Assembly (NCBI GenBank): GCA_951406725.2
Contig: OX597814.1
Location: 39,184,001 to 39,248,000 of the forward strand
DNA length: 64,000 bases
Reading direction: 5' to 3'
DNA from: Octopus vulgaris
Taxonomy: Eukaryota
Under the pieces are notes generated by a model, which worked only from the letters and a program-made list of their open reading frames with translations, did not search any database and had not been told where the DNA came from. This document shows, piece after piece, positions 1 to 13,975 of this stretch (positions are counted from its first letter, which is position 1; each line of letters starts with the position of its first letter). Made by a program: the position numbers and the translations under genes.

Positions 1-207
1 GCCAGGAAAAAAGTAATTTTCCTAGGTTTAAGCAAAATACAAACTTTAATGCATTCTCCTTACAGAATATGTATGTAGAAAATAATTTAAAGTTACCTTC
101 ATGCTTCACGAACGCAGATAGTTATATTCTAACACGCTCTGTTCAATCAATTTGTATCTAAAATGCCTCTTTATTTCAATGCCTTATTACAAAGAAAAGT
201 TAATTTT

Positions 208-270
208 GGCGGTGCTCCAGCTTGCTCACAGTCATAGGACTGAAACGTATAACAGAATACAAGAATAAAA
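208..270 (+). mobile_element. isolated 3' tail of CR1-LINE / SINE family A
   Basis: GGCGGTGCTCCAGCTTGCTCACAGTCATAGGACTGAAAC plus an A-rich tail; matches the 3' end of the family A SINEs (reverse complement of 57905-57955). Confidence 0.5.
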
Positions 271-478
271 TGGATACTTTGCTTAAGTCTCAGCTCATCC
301 AACTGTTAATATTTACTGCACTGGAATCATTTCCGCTTCGAATATGTATGTATTCATGTGCGTGTGTGTGTGTGCGTATGTGTTTGTATGTGCGTGTGTG
401 GGTGTATGTAAATTCATTGTGAGATCTTAGTTTACACACAGGAATTGCATAAGTAACATTCACATTATTTTGTACACT

Positions 479-867
479 AGGCACCAGGTCCGAAATTTTG
501 GGTGAGTGGGTGCCAGTCGATTAGAACGACTCCAGCACGCAAATGGTACTTACTTTATCGACACTGAAAGAATGAAAAGCAAAGTCGACCTCGGCGGAAT
601 TTGAACACAGAACGTAACGACAGACGAAATACCTATTTTTTTACTACCAACAAGGGGCTAAATTCAGAGAGGACAAACAAGGACACACAAACGGATTAAA
701 TTGATTATATCGACCCCAGTGCGTGACTGGTATTTATTTAATTGACCCCCGAAAGCATGAAAGGCAAAGTCGACCTCGGCAGAATTTGAACTCAGAACGT
801 AGCGGCTGGCGAAATACCGCTAAGCATTTCGTCCAGTGTTCTAACGTTTCTGCCAGCTCGCCGCCTT
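479..867 (-). mobile_element. tRNA-derived SINE family B, dimeric copy (Meta/MESC-like central domain)
   Basis: Minus strand begins GGCGGCGAGCTGGCAGAAACGTTAG, has a B-box-like GAGTTCAAATTC and a GTCGACTTTGCCTTTCAT...TACCAG core present twice. The same architecture occurs on + at 37325-37675. Confidence 0.8.
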
Positions 868-1402
868 AAATACCATTCACATTGAGAAAGAACTATAGAT
901 CGTGTATATCACCCATGTTTATTAACAGTATAAAAATAGATAATTTCAGTAATACAGGTGTGAGTGGCATACAGGGCCACATATAAAGAAATTTGTTGTT
1001 TGGCTCATCGGTTGATCCAGCGGCAGAACAGAAAATGCAATTTCAGAACTTCTGAACAAATTAGATTTATATGAATATATGGTCATGCATGCATATTCAT
1101 ATATACTTCTGTTTCTATGTTATATACATATGTATGTGTGCAAATGTGTGTGCGTGTTTGTGTCTTCTGTGCGAGTGTTTGTGAGTGTGAGTGTGTGCGC
1201 TCGCGCATGGAAATATATGCATTATTTAGCTCTTTTCTTATTTCAAATGAACTGACAAATGTTCTCCTGAAAGTAATAATGGATTAGGAAATCAAACGAA
1301 ATATCAAGTATGTATATGAAGAAATATATCTCAAATAATTCTCTTTCCTGTTTTCATTAAAAACCTTGCATTGAAGGTGAAACTCGTATCATCAACCGCA
1401 AT

Positions 1403-1490
1403 ATTATTATTATTATTCAGATCACTGCCTGGAATGGAACTCAGAATCGTGGGGTTATTAGCCAGTGCTCTTAACCACTGCACTATATGT
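1403..1490 (-). mobile_element. short tRNA-derived element / tRNA-like pseudogene with (AAT)n tail
   Basis: Minus strand TAGTGCAGTGGTTAAGAGCACTGGCTAATAACCCCACGATTCTGAGTTCCATTCCAGGC has A-box- and B-box-like motifs and is followed by AATAATAAT. Confidence 0.55.
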
Positions 1491-1614
1491 CTGTAGTCAA
1501 TTGTGGATTGAATGTGAGGGCTTAGAGATCTAATATTTTCTTATCCTTCCTTAATGCCAGTTTCCATATGCAGTAATATATATATTTACACATACATAGG
1601 TTTTTGCGTGTTAA

Positions 1615-1752
1615 ATAAAAGGAGACGAGAAAGCCAACGCAGTGTGAAATTTTCTAAAACTTTTATAAAGAGAAAGGCAAGCATGCAGTCCTTTCAGGGA
1701 TATGAAAAGATATCCCATCATCAGAAACGATAGGAGAGACTGAAGTAGAAGG

Positions 1753-1755
<3 letters not shown>
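1615..1755 (-). mobile_element. Penelope-like terminal remnant with degenerate hammerhead motif
   Basis: Minus strand CTGATGA(1724-1718)-T-GGGATAT-CTTTTC-ATATCCC-T-GAAA(1695-1692); stem III degenerate; abuts (TA)n. Confidence 0.5.
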
Positions 1756-1785
<30 letters not shown>

Positions 1786-1814
1786 ACACACACATACACA
1801 CGCACACACAAACA

Positions 1815-1975
1815 TATATATAGTTGAAATTAACAGAAGAATAAAACATGAAGCCACGTGTATAAACAATAAACGATTTAGATTAACGCTCGAAAATGAG
1901 AAAGTATTTTACGTTAGGAGCCTACGCTCTTGAACAGAAAGGAACACGAGAGGGAATAAAAGAAAAAGATAAATC
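1815..1975 (-). mobile_element. Penelope-like terminal remnant (inverted relative of 2620-2760)
   Basis: Reverse complement CCTTTCTGTTCAAGAGCGTAGGCTCCTAACGTAAAATACTTT...GAGCGTTA aligns with 2637-2696. Confidence 0.5.
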
Positions 1976-2120
1976 TGTTATAGCTAGCAATTCATCACTA
2001 CATACACACACACACACACACACACGCACACACACACATATATATGTAGAGAGTTTTGAAGTGGTGTACAGATATTACATATTCAGAATAACAACGTAGT
2101 CAAAATTTTGGATGATTATA

Positions 2121-2179
<59 letters not shown>

Positions 2180-2619
2180 TATATTTTAACGCTTTCTTCC
2201 GTTATCGGTTTTATCACGGAATCAAGCGGAGGAAAGCGCTAAAAATGTTCAAATTATGTACCAGCAACGAATGTTCTGAGTACCTTGTTATTCTCAACAT
2301 ATATATATATATATCATTCACAGTAGAGATTCGAGCTACTAATACTTTCTTGCTGTGAGAACAATTTTTTAGGCAAGACTTTATAACACACTTGTGCTTC
2401 GAAGCAATTTTGAGGCTCTCACCATGTGAAGTTACTTGGCAACACCAAGCGTACAAACACTCTAATTTCGAGAGTAATAAGTTATTAGTTGCTCGTACTA
2501 TTTTACTGTGTATATTAAATTATATTTATTTCTCATCAGATGGAATACATTTCTGTTGATTATATCTTAACAGAACAGTAAAACCATGTATATATATATA
2601 CATATATATATATATACAA

Positions 2620-2759
2620 CCTTGTTTTTTTACGTCCCTTTCTGTAGAAGAGCGTAGGCTCGAAACGTAAAAGACTTTTTCTATTTCTGAGCGTTATATT
2701 AATACATCTGTTTGTTTTGTACACCACCTGTCTTCGTCTTTTGTGTTTTTTTTCGTAAA

Positions 2760-2760
<1 letters not shown>
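2620..2760 (+). mobile_element. Penelope-like terminal remnant with minimal-hammerhead-like motif
   Basis: GTAGAAGAGCGTAGGCTCGAAACGTA (core 5' half degenerate, GAGC/GCTC stem, GAAACGTA); flanked by (TA)n and (CT)n(TA)n. Confidence 0.5.
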
Positions 2761-2818
<58 letters not shown>

Positions 2819-3169
2819 ATATATTTATATATATAAGTGTGTATGTGTGTGTCCATGTATGCATGAAGGTATAGGTTTGTACGCGCATATGTATACATAA
2901 AATTATTCTTCAATCATTTTAGCTATTTTATAAAAGAGAGACAGCCGTGTGGTTGCGCAAACGCGAGCATGATACTACAATTTATTTACCATTAGTTCAA
3001 ATAATAACAATAATACTTTACACAATGTGCAGTCACAAAATAAACCTTATTTAATTTAATTTGTATAGAAATGATGATATCAATGATAAAGCAGAGGAGA
3101 ATAGTTAAGAGAAACTGTATGCAACTTTGGCGATGGTCTCGCTTGGTTAGATGCACAAAGCATTAAACA

Positions 3170-3230
3170 TACTGCACATACATAATCATATATGTGCATA
3201 CACACACAAACACACACATATATATATACC

Positions 3231-3289
<59 letters not shown>

Positions 3290-3332
3290 ATGTCTGTATG
3301 TCTGTATATATATATACACACACTTATATATT

Positions 3333-3371
<39 letters not shown>

Positions 3372-3560
3372 CTATATATATGTGTATATATATATATATA
3401 TATGCACGTATACACATATGTAAATACATGTATCTATGCGTACATATGTATGTATTCACCCTATATATATATTCGAATGCATATCTATATTATACTTATA
3501 TACACACACGTATCAGTATGTATGCATCTCTGTAAGTAAATATGTATATCTCTATACACA
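3170..3560. repeat. compound (TA)n/(CA)n/(TG)n microsatellite; representative of many similar tracts (e.g. 4135-4500, 9985-10092, 10440-10690, 12430-12725, 22655-23060, 26510-26910, 30205-30292, 40266-40390, 45960-46230, 63660-63717)
   Basis: Directly visible dinucleotide repeats; they produce the YIYI/HTHT/CVCV pseudo-ORFs. Confidence 0.95.
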
Positions 3561-5249
3561 TAATCTCATTTAAAGACAGATACATACTTACAAAGAACGT
3601 GAAAGATACGTATTTACATATATAAATAGCAAAAACAGAAACAAATGTATAAAACAAAGAAACTGAAAAGAATAGCATTTTAAAATATTGCCATGGGCCA
3701 CATTTGCTAACTTATGGTTGGCAAGATTGATTTGCGGGTTCGTGGAGACGTTTTCTTTGACAAAAACAAGCGATAGTGATGAGAGATCATGTACAAAAAA
3801 TAGTAAAAATATAAAATAAAATAAATCAACTTGGCAGAAATATACGTCAGATAATCATAACTGACAGCAATATATTCTTATTCTTCTCAACCTTGCAAGG
3901 GTGCTGACACTTTTGTTGCTTAGTGCTCTGAAGTCATTAATTTGCTCTGAAACTCAATGTAGAAAAAATACAGTCTCGTAGTTACTGTCTGTTATTCTTA
4001 AATTTCCAAACGTTATCATATAGAAATGTTTTCTTTTCTCTTCTTCTTACAGAATTTATTTAATTATTGAAATACCATTGTTATTTAGTGTGCATGTTAC
4101 ATTTTTGTTCCTACATACCTTCACACAAATATAATATATATATATATATACATACTGTTGTATTTGTCTTTATGAATGTCTGTCTGTCAAAGTGTATATT
4201 TATATATGTGTATATGTACGCCCATATATATACATATATACATGCACACACACACATATATTTATATCCACATATATATACATATACATTTATATATATG
4301 TATATATACATATATGTATATACATTTATATATATGTATATATACATATATGCATATACATTTATATATATAAATACATGTATATATATGTGTATATATA
4401 TAAAATATATATATATATATATATATAGTGTGTGTGCACGGGGGGGTGCAGGTGTGTGTGAGTGTGTTCGGGTATGTATGTATGTATGCAGATATGTGTG
4501 TGTTCGCAAGTTATTGAACATTAGAAATTTAGTCTAAGTTAAAATTAGTCTATTAAACTTTCATTTTTCAGTCCTTTCTTTGGAACGGTTAACAGTGGTT
4601 AACACATGCCGTTATCGTATTTGTAATCACATAAAGGCATTATCTTTTCATGTGTCACGATTGATTGACCATTCATCAAATTATAAGTACCCCATCATTC
4701 GCCGGCTCTCAGTAAGAAATTGTAGCAATTATATTTTCTAAATCAAACACTTATAGGAACGCCTGCCTAGGCAAGTTAACATATATAAACTGCATAGTTA
4801 TGCAATTTATATATATTTAGTTAGTTTAACTGTAATAAATTTATACATGTATATCTGTGTATACGAGTATGTATTTATAAGTGTACGTACGTGCGTATTT
4901 ATGTATGCATGTATGTATGTATGCATGCCCGTATGTATGTATGGATGGACGGATGGATGCATGCATGCATGCATGAATGTTTAAGAAGTGACAAGCACGG
5001 ACGTGTTGGAATTTCCATACAACACTCACACAACCAAAGCTTGACATTCTAATTTAACTAAATGTTTCCCACCAAGCTACTATATGCAAAATATTGGGAT
5101 GAAAATAATTCACTGTTAACCGAATTGCTTTCACCTTCTAGAACTAAAACACGCCTATCCTCGAAAAACCCGAAGTCTGTTGCCATGAATACATCTATTA
5201 TACTGACATATATGTATACACTTTATGTCCAGTACTGTATGAATTTCTC

Positions 5250-5900
5250 TTCTTCTTGCAAAAGGATATCTACCATCATCTCCAAAATCACTTAGCCCAC
5301 ACTATCTCAGCATTGGTGTCTTTTGTAAATGGTAAAGTAGCGGAGCACGTTTCTGTACTTGATCTGAGATGCGTATCCCACTTGATATTGCAAAGAGGAG
5401 GGAAATTCTCTTCGAAAACATTCCTCTCGTTTTTATTCATCACGCCATCCTATCCGCGTATGCACTAAATTCTGGAATCCACGTCGCACTCATTTGAGAT
5501 GCAAGGATTAAAGCCAAGTACAATGAATATCACACCTTACTCTCTGAAATAAATTAAACTTATATTCAAAGTGTAGTAATAATGTAATCTTAATAATACT
5601 GTATAGTTCCGACAGGAATACATTTGATTAAACTATGTCCTGTCAAATCTGACTTGCGACGTAAATAACATCCTCAATTCCAAATGGCAACTCTTTAATT
5701 CCTCTACAATATTTGTTTTCCTTTCACACTCAAACATAGTACCCAAAGCACGCTCCGCATCATCACCAATCTCATCATATACAATTTATATACATATCTA
5801 TATTCAGAATTTTGGAAACATAATACATGCCCACTCCATCAGAAACGTTGGTGATACCCTAAGCCGTCTACTTATTGTTCTCCTATCAAATATGCAAAAT
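5250..5900 (+). mobile_element. possible very old LINE (RT-region) remnant
   Basis: Scattered peptides LQRGGKFSSKTFL (cf. PQG..L.P.LF) and QSTLRIITNL (cf. Q..ALRII); heavily decayed. Confidence 0.25.
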
Positions 5901-6106
5901 AATTATTTCCGCTTCTATATTGACTCCATCTCCCTTCGCAAAGTCTATGAATAGTGTATCTATAGGCCAGTTTTCCTTTCTTTTCTATATTTCTCACTAA
6001 AGACTCGAACGTATACGTGTGTGTATTTGAGTATATGTCTGTGTCTCAGTGAGAGATTCGGTATAAACAGCATTGTTGTATTCAACATCTTCGGAGTTAT
6101 TGTTAG

Positions 6107-6286
6107 CGTATAGCTCAAAAATCTACAGCATCATTTATTTTTATTATTACTGAGACAGTTCATATGCTACGTATGGCATATGTCAAACTTTTTTTGCGTA
6201 TAGTACAAAAATGTACGGCACCATTTCTGTTTGTTATTATTGAGACAGTTTCTATGCTACATATGGCATATCTCAAAATGTTCCAT
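6107..6286. repeat. two-copy tandem duplication, ~90-bp unit
   Basis: GCGTATAG.(C/T)CAAAAAT.TAC.GCA.CATTT...TTATTA.TGAGACAGTT..TATGCTAC.TATGGCATAT.TCAAA occurs at 6107 and again at 6197. Confidence 0.75.
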
Positions 6287-8974
6287 CGAATTTGTTCTTC
6301 CCATCTCACTCTGCAAAGATGGGGAGCTTTTGAAAACATACTACACCAAACGTAAATTTTCTTCAAGTTTGGGAAGCACATAGCTATCTACTAAAGAAAG
6401 TTATCAACAGCAGCCATCTAAACTTATACTTTCTACAATACTGTAGCTGTTAGTGCTTTCAGCTCATTAGTCCTGGTTACCTAGCATAACAAGCCTCAGG
6501 ACTTCCTTTTACATCCACGTTTTTCGAATATACAGCGACTGTCGGGTATTGAATGTAAATAAGGACCTCATCAATTCAACTATTATCAGAGGTCTTTCGA
6601 CGGTCATTGACACAACTACTTCAGCCAGAAACTACTTCCAGAATCATAAAATTTAATGTCTCGTCTATAAATTGCCTACCAGTATACCTAATCGTTTCTA
6701 CTGACGAAATGTGACACAGCTGTTGTCTTTCCTACACTCCAAAACAAAAATAAAAAGAAACAAAATTTTGTTATCATTTAAATAGGCACTAGTATACATT
6801 TCTCAACTCATGAACTACTGTAAAGTTTTTCCGTGCCTGGTCTCCCAAGTGGGAAAATACGTCTACTAATCAATCAAATATCTCTTATTCCTCTCATGGT
6901 TTCTATGTGACATGAGTTATTTGATTTGGTTTATAAATCACATCTTGAGGGAGAGCTTCAAAACTAAATTTTCTTTTATACTATTTCTTCACACAATTTA
7001 CATCATTGTAAGAGTTTTTGTTTCATGTTTCTCGTTATCATATTATTGGCCAAACTTATCTGTACATTCACACGGGTTATGCAAATTTTTTCTTTTCTCT
7101 TTCGTATTTTTCACTATTGCATTCATTTTTGTTTTTGTTATGTTATTGGCTGCATCATTAGAATCTTTAAGATGGCTATTGTTATCATCTTAGTAATATT
7201 TGGCAAGATAAATGTTATCGTTTCTTATTTCTGTTTTTTTCTTCCCGTCGATATTGTTGTTGATTAACCGTGGGTCATTGACAATCCAGCAGAATTACGA
7301 ATAAATGCCTTCTATCCGTAAACATTCAAAATGATTTTATTTCGTATTCAACATGATCGATTCCGAACTGGGAGATATTTGGCTGCTATTTCTATGGATT
7401 ATTTTCAGTGATTATACATTCCATAACTGCGTACATTGTTGATCACACGGATGTCATAATTATTAATCAAAAGGTTGGCTATATCTGCTCTCTCTCCCAT
7501 AATGTTATTTTTATTAGAGAAAACTTTTTCAATTGTCACCGCACCAAACACTTTACAATATGGCCGTAGAATGACAGTAGTATAAAATGACATAGAACAA
7601 ACCTTATTTATAGAATGTTGAAGAAATAACGTAACGTTTAGGATGGCGAACCCTTCATTAAAGTCGTAACGATACGATAAACACAGGAAACTTAACATAT
7701 GTTTCAAATTAAACCGATGTGAAAGCAGGAGAAACAGCCGCATCTTCAAGATACACATTTCCATAGCAAATGGAACAGTAGATGACAGACAACAGATCAT
7801 GAGTTTTGAGAGTCAAGGCTTAAATAATCCATTTATTTAACTGATTGACTGATTGAATTCGGATGCCTTTAATCTTATTACGAAATATAACTTTAAAAAT
7901 ACAACTCTATCAATGAAACTATCAATACTTGAACCGTAAGATTAAAAATGTGATGATTGTTTAGAATAAGAAATTCATTTGAAGGTGATTTGTTTTGCCG
8001 ATCCAGTTATGGGCGGCACTTATGCTGCTTATTATGAAAAGCATAATGTGGACATACTGATGTTACGCAAACATTGGTTGAAGTGATTTGAATTTAAAAC
8101 TTACAGCAATCTAGAGAAATACTGCAAAACATTTATTCCTGTATTATATTGATTATGGCCGTCGGTCACGATGAGGGGTAGACACAGTTGATTTAGGTCG
8201 ATCATGTTTCATATCATTTTAAACTCTGACTAGATGATAGATGTGTTTATAGCAACATGAGATCAATACTTGCATAAATGGAACTAAATTACTTGTCAAT
8301 TTTGAGAATAATAGCGGCTTATTATGCACCAGCGCCCTAACGATAGTTTTCTAACACACTAAGCATTAATTCCTTAAAACAGATGTAGTCGAATATAAGA
8401 AATAAATATCTATTGATAACAAAGGAAATAAAAATTCCTTGCTCAGGAAGACAATGTTTCGTCGTATTCAGGAATCGAACTGATAAGCTTATTGTTTTGA
8501 GCCTGACATCCTAACTATTAGGTGGTTTATCTTATACAAATATATTACTTCATGTACTTTTATGTGGAATATTGTGTCCGTTTGTGAGCTGGATATTAAA
8601 TATTATGGTATTGATTAGATACTAAGTGTGCTTTATTATTTTACTCATCAGTCATATTAGTCGAGAAAATTAAAGATTAAACGAAATTAATTTTAAATGG
8701 AACTTGGTCTTAAGATAAGTTATATATAAACTTTTTCCTTCTCTTTATTTATTATTATTACTTTTATTTTTTTCTCTACAAGTAATTTTATTTGTATAGA
8801 ATACTCTTTGTATGCTTCACAAAATATCTCGAACCCTCGAAGGGCAAAATCTGCGAAATATTTCTTTCGGAATATAATCCGTTATAACATTGTTATATAT
8901 CTAAATTTCCTCAGCTCACTATAATTATCATTGCTTTTTGTGAGCTTTTTTGCTCTTTCTTTACTTTATTATTC

Positions 8975-9008
<34 letters not shown>

Positions 9009-9271
9009 GCTTTTTCGTTTTTTTTATAGTATAGGTCTGTTCCACCAAAGATGATTACTCTGGTCACTAACACTGTTTGACAAATTCCTTACTTTCAGTG
9101 AAACAGCGTTGCTGAAATATACAGCTTAACACAGACCAATTCTGAAGTAACATGACCGTATACACTTAAATGCACTGCTCTTTTACGGTATGTTTCATTC
9201 TGTAATATAAACGAGAGCTCGGAGACTCATATTGTAAAATAACAATTGGAGATACTTCACTGAAATGAACG

Positions 9272-9276
9272 TAGTA

Positions 9277-9340
<64 letters not shown>

Positions 9341-9564
9341 AATAAATTTTCTAGTGTTAACCAGAAAGGAAAAGTCAGAATTATCATCTCAACTGTTTAT
9401 ACATTTAACAGCAAACTTCCTGAGAGCATAAAAGAAATATAAGTATGAAGAGATACAGTATAAGAAAAGGTAATAAAAATGAATATGTGATATTGTATAA
9501 GGGAGCAATATCATCAGAACAGCAATTTCATTTTTGACGCGTTTTTTTGTATTATTATTATTAT

Positions 9565-9634
<70 letters not shown>
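9272..9634. repeat. (AAT)n at 9272-9339 and (TAG)n at 9566-9634
   Basis: Direct trinucleotide repeats. Confidence 0.95.
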
Positions 9635-9636
<2 letters not shown>

Positions 9637-10002
9637 GTTTTGGCCTAAACTGCGAGCAACTAGCTATTGAGTGGAAATCACATTTATTTTAAGATCAGGA
9701 GAATTTTGTGATGCATTGAATTAAATGAGCTGCACACAGATATTACCATTTGGACTGGATAGATATTTATAAGGCTAATTTTATCTACCACAGCGTCTTG
9801 GGGAATTGTCAGATAACTGCTAGCGTTTATCATTAGTTTCTAAATTAACCATGCTCGGAGACAACTTGTCTAAGTGATTTATCTCTACCAAGCGTTCTTT
9901 AATATTTTCTGTGCGGTCAATTAAGGAACTGCAATAAAATTAGTGAATTATTAATTCATATCCTTCTCTGTGATCGACATTTTAGTATATATACATACAT
10001 AC

Positions 10003-10094
<92 letters not shown>

Positions 10095-10568
10095 CGGATA
10101 GCTCGTAAAGCAGAAATCGACATTGTTGAGGTGAACAGATGGAAATTACATACTCATCTATAGTGAAGCAGTTTGATATTCACCTACTCGCAAGCGTCTG
10201 CACTATCTTACTCATATGTACAGACGAACTAAACAAATGTTTAAGAGAAATATCTTATGCATGCCGTATTAAATCAGCATTTATTTCTATCCGTCGTTGT
10301 TATATCGATCCACGCTTTACTCTCTGCATCTTACGGACTATTTTTCGCAGCTCCACCCTCTCTCAAGCTCTCTCTCTCTCTCTCTCTTTCTCTTTCCATA
10401 TCTCTTGTCATACACACACACAACGCACGCACACAAACACACATATATACATATATGTTTGTACTTGAATATATATATATATATGCATAAATATATTTAT
10501 GTACGTATGTAAGCATGAATATATATGTATGTATGTATATATGTATATATATATATGTGTGTGTGTGC

Positions 10569-10631
<63 letters not shown>

Positions 10632-11494
10632 TATATGTATACCTGCTTCTATGTATGTATGTTTTTATGCAGAAATATATATTTATTTATATAGATATTT
10701 TTCTGTCTAACACGCACATGCATTAACACTCTCTTTCTCTCTTCCTCTCTCTCTCCCTTTCTCTCTCTCTCTCTCTCTCTTTCCAATGCATTTCTCTTCT
10801 CTCTGTCGTCGTTTTTCTCCTCTCATCAACCTCTATGTCTCTTCCCGTTATTACTTAATGAGACAGCATTTCATCTACAAACGAGCGTGATGCAAAATAT
10901 AATTCGTCTCTGATACGAGAATTTTCCCAGATTAGTAACATAATCGCGTATTCTAACAAACATTTCGTGCTAAGCAAGGTGGTAAAAATGACAAATTGGA
11001 GTCTCTCTTTAAATAGAATAACTGATGAGAAATTGTATTTTGATACACGAAATAAAGATGTTGGCGATAGCTAACAAGGTTCCACTCAGCGCATTATCAT
11101 GTTTACTACGTAAAGTGATATTGTATAAATTGACCTTTATGTAGCAGCATTTCTCTCTTTATATAGTCTAGAATGGCACTTTATTTGCACATTTATGAAT
11201 TTTTCATTTATGAGCAGATAAGTATATGTATATATGTATGTACTTATGAATATCTATTTCTTAGATTCTCACATATTAATGTTTGGGGAGTTTCGTATAG
11301 ATTTTCTAAAATATAATGAAATGGCAAATATAGAAGGATTATAAGGAAATACTTTGTGTTGTGTGTACAAATGCATATATGAATATACAGAAACATACAT
11401 TCATTCATAGACACACACACACGCACACACACACATATATCTATATATATATATATACATATATATATATGCATACACACACACATATACCCCC

Positions 11495-11537
<43 letters not shown>

Positions 11538-12677
11538 CAATAGAAGAGAGAGAGAGACAAAGAGAGGGAGAGAGGGAAAGTGAGAGGGGCAGATAGGCAA
11601 ATAGTAAGACAGAAAGTAGATAAATGAAAGCAATGTGTGTACATATTCTCCAACACTCAAATGTATCCTTAACGATATTCACAAAGCTCCATATGAAATT
11701 ATCCTTGTGTACTGGTTTGCATGCACACACTTAAACGCCCACCCACACACACATGTACACACGCAAGTATGTATATATGTACGTATGTAACTCTATACAG
11801 CAAACATATACATAAATATATATATGCGCTTGTACGTATGTCTGAGTAATTGTACATGTTTATGACTGTATGTATAGTCAATACTTCTAAAATGTATTGT
11901 TCGTTTCCTATCATAAAGCATAAAATTTAGTGTTGACCGCAGTTATATACATATATTTCTCACATTTAATTTATCAACTATTTAAATTATAACCAAAGCA
12001 TTTTTTACATGATATAATCTACAACTATAAATTTCACATCTATTCGTAATCTTCGGTAGCAAGCTATATGGCTTCGGACATTCTAGAACAATTGTCCATT
12101 TATCTTACTCCTGAGTAAAAACCGTTCCAACTGATGTAAACTACAGCGTTCCATTTGATAGGGACATATTGTAAGGAAGCATATCTGATGAGAGAGAAAA
12201 TGCATTGAATAAGTTTACGTCAGATTCAACATTCTTTCAAATGCCATTCGTCTTCATATTATTGCTATCAGAGACAACAAATAATACTGCATTTAAATTC
12301 CTTTGAGTAAGTGTCGTATTTTCTCTACAAGACTTTTATTGCATATATCCTACCAAAGAGAGAAAACTTCGGGATGTGAAAGTGAGCGTATCTGCATATT
12401 TATTCGAATGTGGTGTAACGATACTAGTTATATGTATAGTATATATACATATGTATGTATGTATGTATATATGTATGTATGTATGTAACTATGTATATAT
12501 ATATGAATATATATTCACACACATATATGTATATATGCATATATACATATGCATATATATATTCACATATATACACACATATAAACGCATATATAAATAC
12601 ATACATAAGTATATCTGTATATGCATATCTAATATATATATATATATATATATATAAGTTTATACGTATATAATTAC

Positions 12678-12723
<46 letters not shown>

Positions 12724-13104
12724 ATGCATATACGGAAACATAACATACTGCATGCCCAGATAGGGTTACTTATTGTTTATGGGTTTAAGTTGTAATAGAT
12801 CGGGTTTTACTTAAAGCCATGAACGAATATATAAATGTATACAGAGAAGTAAAACATTCTTCACATATAGGCGGTTTATATATTGGAATATAGAATACAG
12901 CTATACATATTCATTACAAAATTACTATATTCAAACCACTGTGTATGGAGAAAACTTTCCTCGTGTTCAGTATGCATATATGTTTAAATTGCATGTATAC
13001 AGTCAGTAGAACTTATATATACTAGTGCAATTATTTAGAGACTTATATCTTAATAATAATTTTGCAACATCTTGTAATTTGAAAGGTCGCTGATGTGCCA
13101 AAAG

Positions 13105-13330
13105 ATGTGACAGTACGGTAGCCATATTGCTTCCCAAACATATGGTTCCGTTGTTCAGTCCAACTGCGTAGCATTTAGAGCTAATACCTTCTACTAAATC
13201 TCGAGTCGATCAATGCCTTCGAGCTGATTTGGTACACGAAAACTAAGAGAATCCCGTCGTATACACGTGTGTGTGCTTGTGTTTCTCCCAACCACCACAA
13301 ACGCTTGACAACCGATGTCGGTGTGTTAAC
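13105..13330 (+). mobile_element. degenerate SINE family A copy
   Basis: TGCTTCCCAAACATATGGTTCCGTTGTTCAGTCCAACTGCG...GATTTGGTACACGAAAACT...CCCGTCGTATA...CGCTTGACAACCGATG aligns with the copy at 33367. Confidence 0.65.
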
Positions 13331-13346
13331 TGTTCAGCAGTAGAAA

Positions 13347-13607
<261 letters not shown>

Positions 13608-13749
13608 CTCCTGAATAAATGCTGGCTGAATAATGTAAGTACTAGGCATTTTAGCAAATGGAGTCGGCCAGCTTGCAGCTTTAAACATCTTAAAAATATT
13701 AAACACATTTATTATAAACTAAACAAGACGATCAGCTTGTAGAAAAGGT

Positions 13750-13975
13750 GTCATACGAAATGCCTTACGTTATTTTTTTCGAATCCCAACATGGTTTTCT
13801 GTGAGATTCATGCCTCCGAGTCGGTTAGAACAATGTACTAATCAAGTACTGAAGCACTGGAATGTGAGATATCGACCCATCTACTCTGTACAAAATTACA
13901 AGCGTTATGCCTATATTGGAAACCACAATCAATTGGACATAAGAGGAACATCATATACATTACTCCAGATAAACC
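13750..13975 (+). mobile_element. possible old LINE RT remnant
   Basis: FESQHGFL (QHGF motif) followed by QLDIRG (cf. LGIRG); stops and frameshifts present. Confidence 0.3.

Noticed and set aside
4025-4060. Strong-looking splice acceptor TTTTCTCTTCTTCTTACAG (similar at ~20100-20127)
   Set aside because: No convincing donor or exon-like sequence follows.
3151-4537. Many 60-156 aa ORFs rich in YI/HT/CV (also at 10-12 kb, 22-28 kb, 40 kb, 46 kb)
   Set aside because: Stop-free translations of (TA)n/(CA)n/(TACA)n microsatellites in several frames and on both strands; no coding signal.
7405-7800. 131-aa minus-strand ORF
   Set aside because: No recognisable motif or splice context; the length is compatible with chance.
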